From Somniosus microcephalus (taxonomy: Eukaryota): DNA of 64,000 bases. How positions within the stretch are numbered: the first letter of the stretch is position 1; each line of letters begins with the position of its first letter. The stretch lies in contig CM126212.1 in the NCBI GenBank assembly GCA_052327205.1, positions 16,244,001-16,308,000 on the forward strand, in the 5' to 3' direction. The notes beneath the pieces were generated by a model, which saw only the letters and a list, made by a program, of their open reading frames with translations, had not been told where the DNA came from and searched no databases. Positions 50,577 through 64,000 of this stretch are shown here, piece by piece. A program made the translations under genes and the position numbers.

Positions 50577-52628
50577 TGCCACTCAACACATCCCCATCAC
50601 TCTGCCATCCCTACCCTACTCCTGCACATCGTTACACCTCCACCCATCCCTCTCTATCTACATTATCACTTCCCCATCTCACTGGCCACCCCTCACACTC
50701 GTCCTCATCCCACTGCAAGCATACCAACTAACAACACACAAGGGTAGGCACTTGAGAGGTTTAGCCAATGTCCAGGTGAAGTTTCTGGTAATGTGTTGTC
50801 ATACAGTGAAATCTATATTTTCAACACTGCCCCTCATTGGACAGATCTGTGCTCACTTTGAGAAGTGTCTTACTGAGTTCCAGTGAATGTTGGGACATAA
50901 CTTCCCCCCCACCCCCCTGTAGTGATGAGTGTGCATGGAATGGCTTGGACATTAAAGGGATGCTTTACGGTGCTGGTGTGGGATGGTGTCCACCTGGTGC
51001 GGGATGGTGTCCACCTGGTGCATCATGTGGCAGCCAGGGTTAACAGCGTCAAGTGAAGTAAATCTGGCCATGGCGATGCCATCGCTCGCCTCCTGGGCAG
51101 CAGCGTTGTCGGGGGCTGATGCCCTGTGTCCTGTGCAGCATCAGGTGATGTCAGAGAAGATTGGTGATGTTGTCAGTGATGTTGGTGTGCCTGGTGATAT
51201 TGGTGTTGGGGCTGATCGTGGAAGGATTCGGAGGACCACGGTCTGATTTTCCCAAGGGCACCGATGTTGTTGCAATAGATGGCAGCTGCAGGTGAGATGA
51301 CAGAAGCGATCTGTCAATGGTGAGAGAGGTTGTGCCAATGAGGTGGCACTGGACATACAGTTGGCTCTAAACACTTGTAAGCTAAAGAAATCTCTATATG
51401 TCTTACAAATGCAGTAACCAACAGTTTCTGCGCTCTGAAACTGACCATCTGCAACATGGCATCCTTTACACCACTTCTGCAGCTGTCAGCTTATCAGATA
51501 CATCAGAGCAGACTCAACTCATGCCAGGGTGAGCTGGCGTGTTCCCCGAGCAGCGGGTAACCCGTGGGGGAGAACGTAAAATTGGAAGGAAGCCTCAAAA
51601 TAGTCTTAAATTGGCTCTTAACAAGCCATTTAATGAGCTCAATTGTCTCCCCCACCACTTGGTGTTGGGTCAGTTCTCCGCTGACAGACCCGACACCTGG
51701 GAGACTCGCGTGGAGGCGGGTTGACAGCGGGTTTCCTACCCGCTGTCAATCTTTGCTATTTTGACAGCGGACCCGCCTCCAAACCTGCCCTCTGAGCGCT
51801 GGCAAAATTCTGGCCTTCGTGTAAGGTTTTGTGCACAGTGTTTGAAATGGCACTTTCCACAACGTGAGGTGCTTCCCAAATTGGATTTGTGCCATGCCTC
51901 ATGGGCCACACGAGAAACATCTGCAAAGGTGAAGAGCGTGCAACATTCATCTAGTCCCTGATAGCAGGACATTTCTTCCTCATTCGCAGGCGGGTAAAAA
52001 GGCGGTGGGTGACTGCACTGGTTGGGTTGGCGACCTGCCTCCGTTCAGTTTGCACCCGTGCTTTTACTGCAGGGTGGGCTTCAGCCCCACAGAGATACAC
52101 CCTCCTTGGGTGCAACTTTGGCAGCAAGACCTCCAACCCGCCAGCATCAAGGGGGAGTAGTGTTGCCCACAAGTTTCCGCTACGCCATCAACGATTAGTC
52201 CATTTTTCTGCTACTGCCATAACCATCCCCCTTTACGCTGAGCTGCAGCCCTTCAACAGCTGCTGCCTCACTGGATTTTGTGCTAAGTGTTCAACAGGCC
52301 AAGCTCTCTGCGCAAGCTATTCCTCTGCCTGGTCCTTCCCAAGGTACAGACGCAAGCATGGCCCCAATTCTGCCGGGATCAGAGTATGTACAAAGGTCCT
52401 ACTCACCAACATGTTGGAGCTGTGGCAGGATACTGCTCCACATTACCCATGTTATTGTTACCACTGACATTCATTTTTAATCCACTGGACCAAGCTTTCT
52501 CTGGCTTCAAGGGTTAAGTTACTTTTCCCTGACCCGGATTAAGTTACGAGGAGAGATTACACAAATTAGGGTTGTATTCCCTAGAAGTTAGAAGGTCAAG
52601 GAGTGATCTAATTGAAGTTTTCAAGGTA

Positions 52629-52960
52629 CAGGAAACTCTGGTTTAAACGGCATCTAAATATCCGGAATTCTCTATTAACCGGCAAAATTCATACTCCGAA
52701 AACACCTCAATAACTGGTAATGTTGCCAAGTCCGAGTCCAAGTCTCCCGCAGTGGCCGAGTTAGTCAGTGGGGGTAGTTCTCTAAGCTGCCACTACTCGG
52801 CTTCTTGGCACTGTCAGAAGTCCGAACACCTCAATAACAGGAGTCTGACTCTTTGTTTGTTAAAAATAGCCTCGGTAGATATCCCTCTCCGTCATCCGGA
52901 ATTTTTAATCAACCGGCACCATCCCGGTCCCGTCGGTGCCGGATACCAGAGAGTTTCCTG
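52629..52960. mobile_element. Tc1/pogo (Tigger-like) MITE inserted in CR1
   Basis: TIR CAGGAAACTCT...AGAGTTTCCTG with TA TSD. Interrupts the CR1 fragment 52530-53300. Confidence 0.85.
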
Positions 52961-54115
52961 TATTAAGGGGAACAGATAGGGTAGATAGAGAGAAACTATT
53001 CTACAGGTTGGGAATTCTAGGACTAGGTAGTGGGCATAGTCTAAAAATTAGAGCCAGACCTTTCAGGAGTGAAATTAGGAAACACTTCTACACACAAAGG
53101 GTGGTAGAAGTTTGGAACTCTCTTCCGCAAATGGCAATTGATGCTGGGTTAATTGTTAATTTTAAATCGGAGATTGATAGCTTTCTGTTAATCAAAGGCA
53201 TTAAGGAATATGGGCCAAAGGTGGGTATATGGACGTAGGTCGCAGATCAGTCATGATCTCATGGAATGGCTCAAGGCTGAATGGCCTCCTCCTGTTCCTA
53301 TGCGCCTGTGATGGCTTAGTGACTAAACAGACCTCCAAGGGTGGTACTAAGTTGGCTTCAATCTCTGATCCATGCTGAGTTCGCTGCTCTCAGCCAGAGA
53401 AGGGTTTGAGGTGCCACAAATGGTCTGAACAAGGGCTCCTTCACCTGATCACTATTCAGTAAACCCTGCTGGAGCCAAGTGTACCTCATGGTGTTACCAA
53501 TCCCATGACCCACCATGTTCTTGGCGCTCGAGTACAACTTTCTTAAAAATATTTGTCACAGAAGAAGCAAAATCTCATGAAAATAATATTTATATGATTA
53601 GAAAATTGGAAATGACAACATTCTTGTGACCTTATTACCTTATGCATTACTCATTCGGCTCCACGTGCTCCAGAAATAGTGTCCATTGCGAACCCACTGA
53701 ATATCCTCCATTTATCCCGATGATTGACCTCAATGCCAACCTCTGACGAGAACCCTCTGCTGCAGTGGCACAATGGCAGCGTCAGTCAGATAGTGGAGAA
53801 CCACTGACCCGACAGACTTGGGGAAGATATAACCCGTTCAACCGGAGGGCAACCGCTGGCCTATTTACACTACAGTGCCCCTTCTTGGCTCTGCAATATT
53901 GCCTGGGAATCTGGGTTTGTGAAAACCCACTTGATTTCTTGCAGGACGGACACCGCAATACTGGAAAAACAACTGCACGGAAGAATTTGTTTTAAAACTG
54001 TGGTTCACAACTGGTTTTTGGCCTGGTTTACTTGTTGCCTTGCTGATCCTACAGTCAGGGCTGCGAATGGCAGAGAGATAGCAAGGTAACGGGAAGCTGC
54101 TTAGACTTCCCTGTG

Positions 54116-54493
54116 CTCCGACATGGCAAGAGAGCCCCAGGTAGGCAGAGGAAACACTTCAAGGACACCCTCAAAGCCTCCTTGAAAAAGTGCAACATCC
54201 CCACCGACACCTGGGAATCCCTGGCCCAAGACCGCACAAAGTGGAGGAGAAGCATCCGGGAAGGCGCCGAACACCTCGAGTCTCTTCGCCGGGAGCAAGC
54301 GGAAGCCAAGCGCAAACAGCGGAAGGAGCGCACATCAACCCAAGCACCCCACCCACCCGCCCCTTCAACCACCGTCTGCCCCACCTGTGACAGAGACTGG
54401 AGGTCCCGCATTGGACTCATCAGTCACCTGAGAACTCATTTTTAATGTGGAAGCAAGTCATCCTCGGTTCCGAGGGACTGCCTAAGAAGAAGA
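54116..54493 (+). mobile_element. RTE (BovB-like) LINE 3' end
   Basis: GKRAPGRQRKHFKDTLKASLK...CPTCDRDWRSRIGLISHLRTH followed by an (aag)n tail. Confidence 0.9.
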
Positions 54494-54499
54494 ATTTAA

Positions 54500-54873
54500 T
54501 AGAAACATAGAAACTAGGAGCAGGAGTAGGCCATTCGGCCCTTCGAGCCTGCTCCGCCATTCAACGAGATCATGGCTGATCATCCAAACCCTAGCACCCG
54601 GTCCCTACACCGACAGCCATCCCACCCAAGCCCTATCCCCGTAACCCCACATATTTAATCCCCCCTAACACTAAGGGCCAACTTTTATCATGGCCAATCA
54701 ACCTAACCCGCACATCTTTGGACTGTGGGAGGAAACCGGAGCACCCGGAGGAAACCCACGCAAACACGGGGAGAATGTGCAAACTCCACACAGACAGTCA
54801 CCCGAGGCCGGATTTGAACCCGGGTCCCTGGCGCTGTGAGGCAACAGTGCTAACCACTATGCCACCGTGCTGC
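54500..54873 (-). mobile_element. Full-length HE1-like V-SINE
   Basis: tRNA head gcagcacggtggcatagtggttagc on the minus strand, V-domain and CR1 tail. Near-identical to 23845-24146. Confidence 0.9.
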
Positions 54874-57465
54874 TCCATTATTTCATCTTCCTTCGCGTCA
54901 GTTATACGTCATGTAATTCTATAAAATAAAGTATAAAATATAAGACTTACAGGAGCTCATAACCCTGAGATAACTTGGCCTGAGCATACTGTTGTTTGAC
55001 ACACTGCACCAGGTATAAATTGAGACCCTGCACCCAACCTTGTGGAAAGTCTCTTGATCTCGACAGCAGTTAGCGTTGAGTTCATGGTTAATTTGTGTTA
55101 TGCACTCCAGTCCACTGGGAGCAGGGACCTGCGAGCGCCAGAATTTATTGCGTACACACAACCCTTAACAGTTTACAGAGACCTTCAGCACCTCCGGTCG
55201 CGGTATGAAGTGGAGTCCAGAAGATGAAGAGACAGTATTTGGAAACACTGCACGAACGCTGCTCTGCCCTGTTCCCCCAAGAGCTGCGGAGCTACAAAAA
55301 AAAACTGCCCCTCACAGCTTGGGATTCCAAAAACAGGCAGACCTTGTTCAATCAAATGTACGTGTTTGTTTTTAGTGGAGGTTTTATGAAGTGTAAAACA
55401 AAATAACATACATTTATTGAACTCAGAGGAATAATCGGAGACACTTTTTTGCTTATACAAGTTATAAAATCCAAAATTATTTCTCGTATTTTTCTGACAA
55501 CTGCCCCTCTGATTTTCAGTGAGCAAGCAGGCAGCTGCCCTTTAGTGATGAGCAGTGCTCAATTCTGTTACAGCTCACACCAACATGTTTGCAGCCTGTG
55601 CACACCTTACATTGGAGCGCAGGGAGTTGCTAGTAAAGATGGATTCTTATTGTTATTAGTCTCATTAGCTGCTAGCCAGGCTCCACAGAAAGAACAGAGG
55701 AACTGTGCGGAGCATTTAAGAAACCAAAGGAGGAAGGATCGGGGAAAGTAGGCAGTGTGGCTGGCACCGAGGGTTGGTGTTTCACCAGACAATGCCACTG
55801 AGCGGGAAGGCCCAAGTTCAAGCTCGGAATTTCCTGAAAGGTTGGCTGCAGGATGCCGTCATTCTAGTCTCAGGAGACTGACGCAGAGAGCAGGCCAAGA
55901 CAGATGCATAATGCTGGCCAAAAGGGATTGATGAGAAAGAAAATGTGTTTTTTTTTTAATGAGTTTTATATCATACACTAATCACACCTGGCCAATCTCA
56001 TGCAACCTCTCATGCAAGAAAAATGGGAGGGGAAAAAAAGGACCTTCCAAAAACAGGAAAATAGAAATGACAAAACCATTTTATTTGGGGGAGTGGGGAA
56101 GAGAGTAACTTGGCCAGGATTCCTTCGAATATTTTGATTGCTATGCATTAACCCCTGCAGAAAATACACATCTGTTGTTGCCAGGGAAGATAGTGTCTGT
56201 CTTAGCTATGATGGCTCCATAGTTGAATAGTCCAATGGCGCTCACTGTACAGGCTCATACAGGAATAACAGTCACTAAAACAAGGTATTGGAAAGATGCT
56301 CTGCCTGTTGAACCTGATCAAAACATCTCACTGTTTTCAGGAGAAGGGAAAAGCAAAACTAGAGGGGAAAAAATTGGGGGAAGCAAAATTAAAGGCACAG
56401 AACAAGAACCGATTGGCCTACTCCTGCTCCTATTTCTTATGTTCTTATGTTCTTAAAAAGGCTGGCAGCCACATTGAGACTGCCTCTTCTGATGGGCACA
56501 ACGATGGACTCTTCAAAAACTTAATCAGTCCCTTGAGGGACGGTCACTGGCGAGAGGGTAAAAACTCCCAGCAGAAAGCTTGGTGAAGGTCTTGCACGAC
56601 ACTAATGCTTAGTGACCAAATGCAGAATTCCGGTATTTGCACCACAGCGGCACCCCCTCCACCATCAAGCAAGGTGCGGAAAATACGGAAGCAAAAGAAC
56701 ACAAAATGTTTAAAAAAGAGGGAATAGGGCAAAATGAAAATGTGAGAGAAACAAAAAGGAAAATGAAAGAAAATTTGAGAAAAGTGAAGCTGGAGCATAG
56801 AGCTAGCAAGGAGCCTGGAGCGCGCAGACTGGAGCGTGGAGCAAGACATTTTAGATGTCAATGACACGCTACAGATATTCGCAGCACAGAAAAGAGAATG
56901 GTCGAGGATTTCTACTCTTTGCTATTTGTAGTAAAATTGTAAACATGTTCTTTACACTCGTGTTTCTATGAATTTGCTAAAGGAAATCTTCCTCCAATAC
57001 TGGGAAATGCAGACTTCGGCAGAGTTTAATTGGAAACAGGGCTGGCGTTCTTTCAGACTGGCACAGTAACTTGATTTGTGCTGGAAAGCATCATCTAGTT
57101 GTTGCCGGGATTGGAACTGGCTTAGTCCAGGGCCTGGGTTGGGTTGGCAATGCCTGGGTCCAGAGCCAGGATCCGAAGCTTTCTTGGGATTAAGAATGGG
57201 AACAAAATACTTGCAGTAGACAGCAGTTAAGATATGGAGGCTGAAGTGGACAGCGGACTTCCTGGGGCTGAGGCCAAGGAGATTGCCAAGTCCACCACTG
57301 AGGCTGTGGAGAGCGCTGGGCCAGCAAGAGCAATAGGCCCAGTGCTGAGGCCAGGGAGAGCGGCACTTCTGGTGTTTAAATGTTAACACGTTTGAGAAAA
57401 GCCGATCATATGAAACTGCTAGCCTTAAGACATATGATCCATCTCCTTTATTACTGGTTACGATG

Positions 57466-57889
57466 TGGTGTTGCCAATTCTCCAGGATTGCCCTGGAGTC
57501 TCCAGGAATTAAAGGCAAGTCTCCAGGACACTGCTACAAGAAACCCAGGAGAAAAATCATAAGGACAATAAAAAATTGCGTTTAAAAAAAAAAAAAATCT
57601 GTTTACTAGCTATAAAAATATTGGACATGGGGAAAAAAGGATGTTTGACTGACAGTCAAGAATCATCCAATCAGGGAAGGAAGAGTCTGTTCGCTTTCCG
57701 ATTGGCTGTGGGACGGCGGTGCGCCATCAGGATGGACATGTCGGGTGACCAATGGCGAGTGTGGGGGCGGAGCAGTTGTAGGCAGAAGGTCATGTGATAA
57801 AACCTCCAGGAACATGTCCAACCAGGGTTGGCAACCCTATGAAGATGCGATCTCCAAAGGCTGGGTGGAGGTGAATTGCAGGGGAGGAG
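57466..57889. mobile_element. hAT-like MITE (GGTTGCCAA-type ends) with an inverted relative at 60802-61025
   Basis: gttgccaattctccagg ... gggttggcaaccctat; the right end and about 50 bp of flank recur inverted from 60802. Confidence 0.6.
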
Positions 57890-58054
57890 CGTTTTTTGGA
57901 CCATTGCCATAAAAATTAAAAGGCAGCAAGTTCCTGCCCCAGCCTGTCCTTTAATCATTTGGACCTTTATCCCTATTGGGTCTCAATGGGTCACATCTCC
58001 AACCTCATTGGTTACAGCCCTGTCATAATACCATGCACCAATGACAGTTGAGAT

Positions 58055-58522
58055 TTTACGAGAATGATTCCAGGAATGAGGGACTTCAGTTACGTGGATA
58101 GACTGGAGAAGCTGGGCTTGTTCTCCTTAGAGCAGATAAGATTGAGAGGAGATTTGATCGAGGTATTCAAAATCATGAGGGGCCTGGACAGAGTAGATAG
58201 AGAGAAACTGCTCCCATTGGCAGAAGGGTCGAGAACCAGGAGACACAGATTTAAGGTGATTGGCAAAAGAACCAAAGGCGACATGAGGGAAAACTTTTTT
58301 ACGCAGCGAATGGTTAGGATCTGGAATTCACTGCCTGAAAGGTTGTTGGAGGCAGACTCAATTGTGACTTTCAAAAGGGAGTTGGATAAGTACCTGAAGG
58401 AAAAAAATTTGCAGGGCTACGGGGAAAGGGCGGGGGAGAGGGACTCGCTGAAGTGCTCTTGGAGAGCCGGCACGGACTCGACAGACCGAATGGCCTCCTG
58501 TGCTGTAACCATTCTATGATTC
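58055..58522 (+). mobile_element. CR1 LINE 3' fragment
   Basis: MIPGMRDFSYVDRLEKLGLFSL...WNSLPE; same subfamily as 43915-44548. Confidence 0.92.
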
Positions 58523-58981
58523 TACATGGCTCCCACAGCTAATCACGGCACTCAAATATGATGGAGAGCAATTTGCCAACTCATTTTTAATATAATACCT
58601 GCAAATATTTTTTTTAAAGAAAATTCACCAAGGAAAGCTCAACAGTGATATTACCAAGCCCTAAGCAGTAACTACAAGTTTGTTCAATAGAATCTCAAGA
58701 TTAAAATTAACTCTATATCTTAAAATGATTTTGTTCACCAGGGGCTATATTGGGTATCCAAATCATAGCTTTTATCTTCAGCTGTGTTCAAACAAAATAT
58801 TAGCAGGAAGATGACTAGAAATGAGCATGTTAAAACCATCAAAAGGCTTTGTTCTTTTTTTCCCACAAATGTTCACACACAGGCTGGGTATTTTGCACAA
58901 TTATTCTGATGTGGCTATCAATAAAAGTTGAAAGTTTCTGGCATGCTGCATAGTTACTTTACAATAAAATACAAGTACAGT

Positions 58982-59120
58982 CAATGTTTCCCACTAATTT
59001 TTGGTGGGTGCGCGGCCCATTCACTGTTGCGCGCGCGAAATTTAACATTAGCAAAGCTGGTCTCGGGCGGCGCAGGACCGGCAGAGAGCTGCGGGGCTGC
59101 GCAGCTTAGAGGGAACGTTG
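58982..59120. mobile_element. Small hAT-type MITE
   Basis: TIR caatgtttcccactaa / ttagagggaacgttg with imperfect 8-bp flanks agtacagt / ggtagagt. Confidence 0.65.
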
Positions 59121-59385
59121 GGTAGAGTATAGAACTAGAAATATGATAGCTAAAACACTGGCTTGATCTTCAAACATAGGAACAGGAGTAGGACATTCAG
59201 CCCCTCGAGAGCCGGTTCCACCATTCAATTAGATCATGGTTGATTTGTACCTCAACTCTATTTGCCTGCCTTTGCTTCATAGCCCTCGATACCTTTACCT
59301 AACAAAAATCTAGTGATCTCAGTCTCGAAAGCTCCAATTGTCCCCCAGCAACCAAAGCTTTTTGGGGCAGAGTGTTCCACATTTC

Positions 59386-60240
59386 AATCATCATAATCAA
59401 TCATAATCAACTTTATTGTCATTGTTAGTGCACAAGTGCAGTACAACGAAATGTAGGCTTGCAGCTCCCGAGAGTGTACATTTAGATTAAGACATTTAAA
59501 CATTCAACATACATTTGGCTTGTAATACATTAACATAAACATAACCATAATAAAGTGCATTGGCAGATGTGCAGGCTTTAGAGTTTATTTGTGGAGTTCA
59601 GTAGGATGACAGCCCTGGGAAAGAAGCTGTTCCTAAATCTGGTCGTACGGGTGCGAATGCATCTGTAGTGTCTCCCAGATGGCAGGAGGGCGAACAGACT
59701 GTGGCTGGGGTGGGTAAGGTCTTTGATGATGGACCGTGACCTCCGTAAACAGCGTTTCTGGTAGATGTGCTCTATGGTCGGTAGCCGGGTGCCGGTAATG
59801 CGTTGGGCAGTTTTGACTACCCGCTGCAGGGCTTTCCGGTCATAGTAGCTACAGCTGCCATACCATACTGTGATACAGTTCGTCAGGATGCTCTCTATTG
59901 TGCAGCGGTAAAAGTTAGAGAGGATCAGGGGTGACAGGTTACATCCCTTCAGCCTCCTTAGGAAATATAGGCGCTGCTGGGCCTTCTTCACCAGAGAGGA
60001 GGTATTGAGGGACCAGGCGAGGTCTTCCGTGATGTGGACTCCGAGGAACTTAAAGCTGTCCACCCTTTCCACCACAGCCCCATTGATGTGGATGGGGGTG
60101 TGACTTCCGCCTTTAGACTTCCTGAAGTCCACAATGATTTCTTTGGTTTTCTTGATGTTAAGGGCCAGGTTGTTATCGGCGCACCACTTCACGAGATGCT
60201 GGACCTCCTCCCTGTAGGCTGACTCATCGTTGTTGGTGAT
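59386..60240 (-). mobile_element. 5'-truncated Rex1/Babar LINE
   Basis: ORF 59578-60192 (WCADNNLALN...KKAQQRLYFLRRL...RFRNSFFPRAV), near-identical to 15818-16390. Confidence 0.93.
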
Positions 60241-60483
60241 CCTTTTGTGTGGAAAAAGTACATCCTGACTTCCTGCTTAAATTAATAGCAAAATACTGCG
60301 GAAGGCACTGGCTCATTACTGAAATATGGTTCCACGGGCGTGTTGTGCCTCCTACTACCTCACTCAGTCCGGCATTCTTCACCCGCTAGCTTAGACAGCA
60401 ATTGTCAGCAAGCTATGGTTCTGGCGCTCATCCCAACATCCAGACTCAATTGATAGCAAAATACTGCGGATGCTGGAAATCCG

Positions 60484-60769
60484 AAATAACAACTGAAAAC
60501 GCTGGAAAAACTCAGCAGGCCAGGCAGCATCCGTGGAGAGGGAAACAGAGTTAACGTTTCAGGTCTGGGATCCTTCATCAGAACTGGAAGAAGCTGAAGA
60601 TGTAACAGATATTAAGCAGATGTAACAGATATTCCACTTAATATCTGTTACATCTCCAGCTTCTTCCAGTTCTGATGAAGGGTCCCAGACCTGAAACGTT
60701 AACTCTTGTTTCTCTCTCCACGGATGCTGCCTGGCCTGCTGAGTGTTTCCAGCGTTTTCAGTTGTTATT
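60484..60769. repeat. Long hairpin with ~135-bp arms, Penelope-terminus-derived palindrome
   Basis: aataacaactgaaaacgctgg...gatgtaacagatattaag is mirrored by cttaatatctgttacatc...ccagcgttttcagttgttatt. A half copy lies at about 20000-20090. The family assignment is from recall. Confidence 0.8.
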
Positions 60770-61439
60770 CCTGCTTAAATTACTTGGCTCTAACTTTAAG
60801 ATGCAATTCACCTCCTCCCAGCCTTTGGAGATCGCATCTTAATAGGGTTGCCAACTCTGGTTGGACATATTCCTGGAGGTTTTATCACATGACCTCCTGC
60901 CTCCAACTGCCCCGCCCCTCACACTCCCGCCATTGGTCGCCCAACATGTCCATCCTGACGGTGCGTCACCTTCCTACACCAATCAGAAAGCGAACAGACT
61001 CTGATTGGATGACTCGTTCTTGATTCCCCATCGGAGGAAATGGTTTCTCTGTATATCGAACCTCTAATATTTAAAACACCTCGATCAGATCATTCCTCAA
61101 ATCTTCTATACTCAAGGGACTGCAAGCCACGTTTATGCAACCTGTCCCAGTAGTTGAACCCTCTAAGCCCTGGATGGCAAGTATCCTGCATGCCAGTAAT
61201 CTGGTAGGTGATTCGAACAGAATTCCTCTTTCAGCTTTCCCCAAGACATCCTTTGTCAAACTATTGCTGAAATACTTAACACTTCAACATTGTTGCAAAG
61301 CATTGACAGCATTTGGTTTGCAACAGTGCTAGTTTAAGCAAGAGAATTTTGAGGTGAGGCATTTTGACGGGGTAAATAAGGAGAAACTGTATCCACTGGC
61401 AGGTGGGTTGGTAACCAGAGGACACAGATTTAAGATAAT

Positions 61440-62145
61440 TGATGTTCAACAGCATTACCATCGCCGAATCCCCCATCAACATCCTGGGGGGTCACCATTG
61501 ACCAGAAACTTAACTGGGCCAGAAACTTAAATACTGTGGCTACAAGAGCAGGTCAGAGGCTGGGTATTCTGCAGCGAGTGTCTCACCTCCTGACTCCCCA
61601 AAGCCTTTCCACCATCTACAAGGCACAAGTCAGGAGTGTGATGGAATACTCTCCACTTGCCTGGATGAGTGCAGCTCCAACAACACTCAAGAAACTCGAC
61701 ACCATCCAAAACAAAGCAGCCCGCTTGATTGGCACCCCATCCACCACCTTAAACATTCACTCCCTCCACCACCGGCCCACCGTGGCTGCAGTGTGTACCA
61801 TCTACAAGATGCACTGCAGCAACTCGCCAAGGCTTCTTCGGCAGCACCTCTCAAACCCTCTACCACCTAGAAGGACAAGGGCAGCAGGCGCATGGGAACA
61901 CCACCACCTCCAAGATCCCCTCCAAGTTACACACCATCCTGACTTGGAAATATACCGCCGGTCCTTCATCGTCGCTGGATCAAAATCCTGGAACTCCCTC
62001 CCTAACAGCACTGTGGGAGTACCTTCACCCCACGGACTGCAGCGGTTCAAGAAGGCGGCTCACCACCACCTTCTCAAGAGCAATTAGGGATGGGCAATAA
62101 ATGCTGGCCTTGCCAGCGACACCCACATCCCAAGAATGAATAATA
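61440..62145 (+). mobile_element. 3' fragment of a CR1-group (L2/Crack-like) LINE
   Basis: ORF 61536-62087 IYKAQVRSVMEYSPLAW...KSWNSLP. Confidence 0.85.
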
Positions 62146-63942
62146 AAGGCAACAACTTACATTTATATAGTTCCTTTAAGCGTCCCAAGGCGCTTCACAG
62201 GAGCGTTATCAATCAAAATTTAACACTGAGCCACATAAGGAAATATTAGGACAGGTGACCAGAAGCTTGGTCAAAGAGGTAGGTTTTAAGGACCACCTTA
62301 AAGGAGAGAGGTGGAGAGATTTAAGGAGGGAATTCCAGAGCATAGGGCCCAGGCAGCTGAAAGCACGGCCACCAATGGTGGAGCGATTAAAAGCGACAAA
62401 CGAACCAGAAGCGAGACGAGGAGAATTTTTTTTTTAACGCAGCGAGTTGTTGTGATCAGGAATGCACTGCCTGAAAGGGCGGTGGAAGCAGATTCAATAG
62501 TAACTTTCAAAAGAGAATTGGATAAATACTTGAAAAGGAAAAAATTTGCAGGGCTGTGAGGGAAGAGCTGGAGAGTGGGACTACTTGGATCGCTCTTTCA
62601 GAGACGGCACAGGCACGATGGGTTGAATGGCCTCCTTCTGTGCTGTCTGATTCTATAAGAAATTGAAGTAGACTACTCCGCCTCTCCCCCCCCCGCCCCC
62701 AAGACATTCAGTCGATTTACACAAGGTTTACTTTTCCCTTTTATTAGAAGGTAAATCAATGATGTACAGTAAACCACAGTATTAAAGTACAAAGGGACAA
62801 TGATTTTAATCTCCCTCCCCAGCAAGATATCTTCATAGACTAGATGACAGTGAAGGATCTTTTGCATAACAAAGGCACAAAGGATGGGAGATTGCTCAAA
62901 GTGGTAATGTACTGTCAAACTGTAAAGGAGCAGGGCTTTTGGTTATCAAGGGGTAAATTACACACCTGCAGCAAGGAACTGATCTCAGTGTCTCCATTAC
63001 AGTAAGATTTGTTTTAAGTGTATACCTGATCAGAGTATAATTAGGCTAAATGTGTAAAGTTTCAGAAAACCATTCTCTGGACACGCCCATTGGATAAGTG
63101 ACAGCAACCGCTGCTGATTCACTTTCTTAACAATTTGCTTGCTCAAATTGAGTCACTTTGATTTACGGTGGCATTTTATTTGTTGTTGGTCTATTTTGGA
63201 CTCATCATATGAACAATGACTTGCATTTGTATGGCAGTCCTCACCTGCGTGAAGAAAGGGGATAGCGGTGATGGGGAATGAATGAATCATTTTACCCACT
63301 TCACGCTGTACGAAGCACTCTCTGGGCCAGCTGCAGCATGTGTTATATGGAGATACCCATTCACATGACCAAGATGAGTCAATCACTTGGGTTGGGTCGT
63401 TCCGTCTTGGGTCTGACCTCTCACCATTGCTGTCCTGTACAGACCTTCCCCACGTCAGGAAGGAACGGTGCACAGTTAATGAGGACAGGTTAGGCAGCAA
63501 CGGTATAGAACAATATTATGGAACTGTTTCAAGCAGAAGCAATGTCATAATATAAACAGTATATAAAGCTCCTGCTACGCTGTGCCAACATGATGTCCTT
63601 ATCCCATCTCTGATTAGCACACCAATATGCCATTGTAAGTTTTCCATTTCCCTCGTCAGCCACTCTTGTGTACTCTTTTGAAATACCAACAGTGTAAAAC
63701 AGTGTTGACTTATGTGCAGTTCTGCCCTGTGGGTGAGTGTACATCAGGAACTTCCCAGGACTGCCACTCATTTCATGCAGGTGCGGTCTTCAGATCAGCC
63801 AGTAGGGTACATTTACTTATGAAGCAAGCTTGACAATTAAGAACTGATAAAACGATTCAAATGTATATACTCTGGAAAAACTCCGAATGGCCTTCTTCTG
63901 TGCTGTAAACTTTTGTATCGTTTAGTATATTTGAAACATATT

Positions 63943-64000
63943 GGCCCAGAAATTCGGGTTGGAGGCTTCCCGCGGGTGCAAGCCTCCGACCTGCACTTAC
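63943..64000. mobile_element. Start of a Harbinger-type MITE (family of 18868-19629)
   Basis: Close reverse-complement match to 19571-19629. Confidence 0.8.

Larger units (their letters stand above)
44822..51815. mobile_element. Decayed Harbinger element hosting the full-length Gypsy insertion
   Basis: Ends ggccgcgatttt / aaaattctggcc with flanks tta/ttc. Myb-like remnant LMEGVTARREVLFPS at about 45137. Weak transposase-like remnant on the minus strand at about 51050-51350. Confidence 0.65.

Noticed and set aside
60351-60362. 12-nt let-7 match (minus strand TGAGGTAGTAGG)
   Set aside because: The rest of the mature sequence differs and I see no pre-miRNA stem around it; probably chance.

Overview
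This is repeat-rich vertebrate genomic DNA whose SINE/LINE repertoire (SacSINE1-like, HE1-like, CR1/HER1) points to a shark or other chondrichthyan. The only host gene I can support is LMF1 (lipase maturation factor 1) on the minus strand. Three of its exons lie at 34364-34547, 25345-25498 and 20324-20507, the last ending in a GC donor. The introns are filled with CR1, L2, Rex1 and RTE LINEs, SINEs, Harbinger/hAT/pogo MITEs, two solo LTRs and two young, related Mag-type Ty3/Gypsy LTR elements. One of these (45370-50576) is full length with a single nonsense codon in RT. The other (1495-5095) is the standout. It keeps near-identical LTRs, TSD, PBS, PPT, Gag and protease, but RT/RNaseH/integrase are replaced by one uninterrupted in-frame tail. 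That tail looks like fragments of three host genes: STK10/SLK coiled coil, optineurin coiled coil, and the DNAJC21 zinc finger plus basic tail. These host-gene identifications come from recalled protein sequences, not from a database search.
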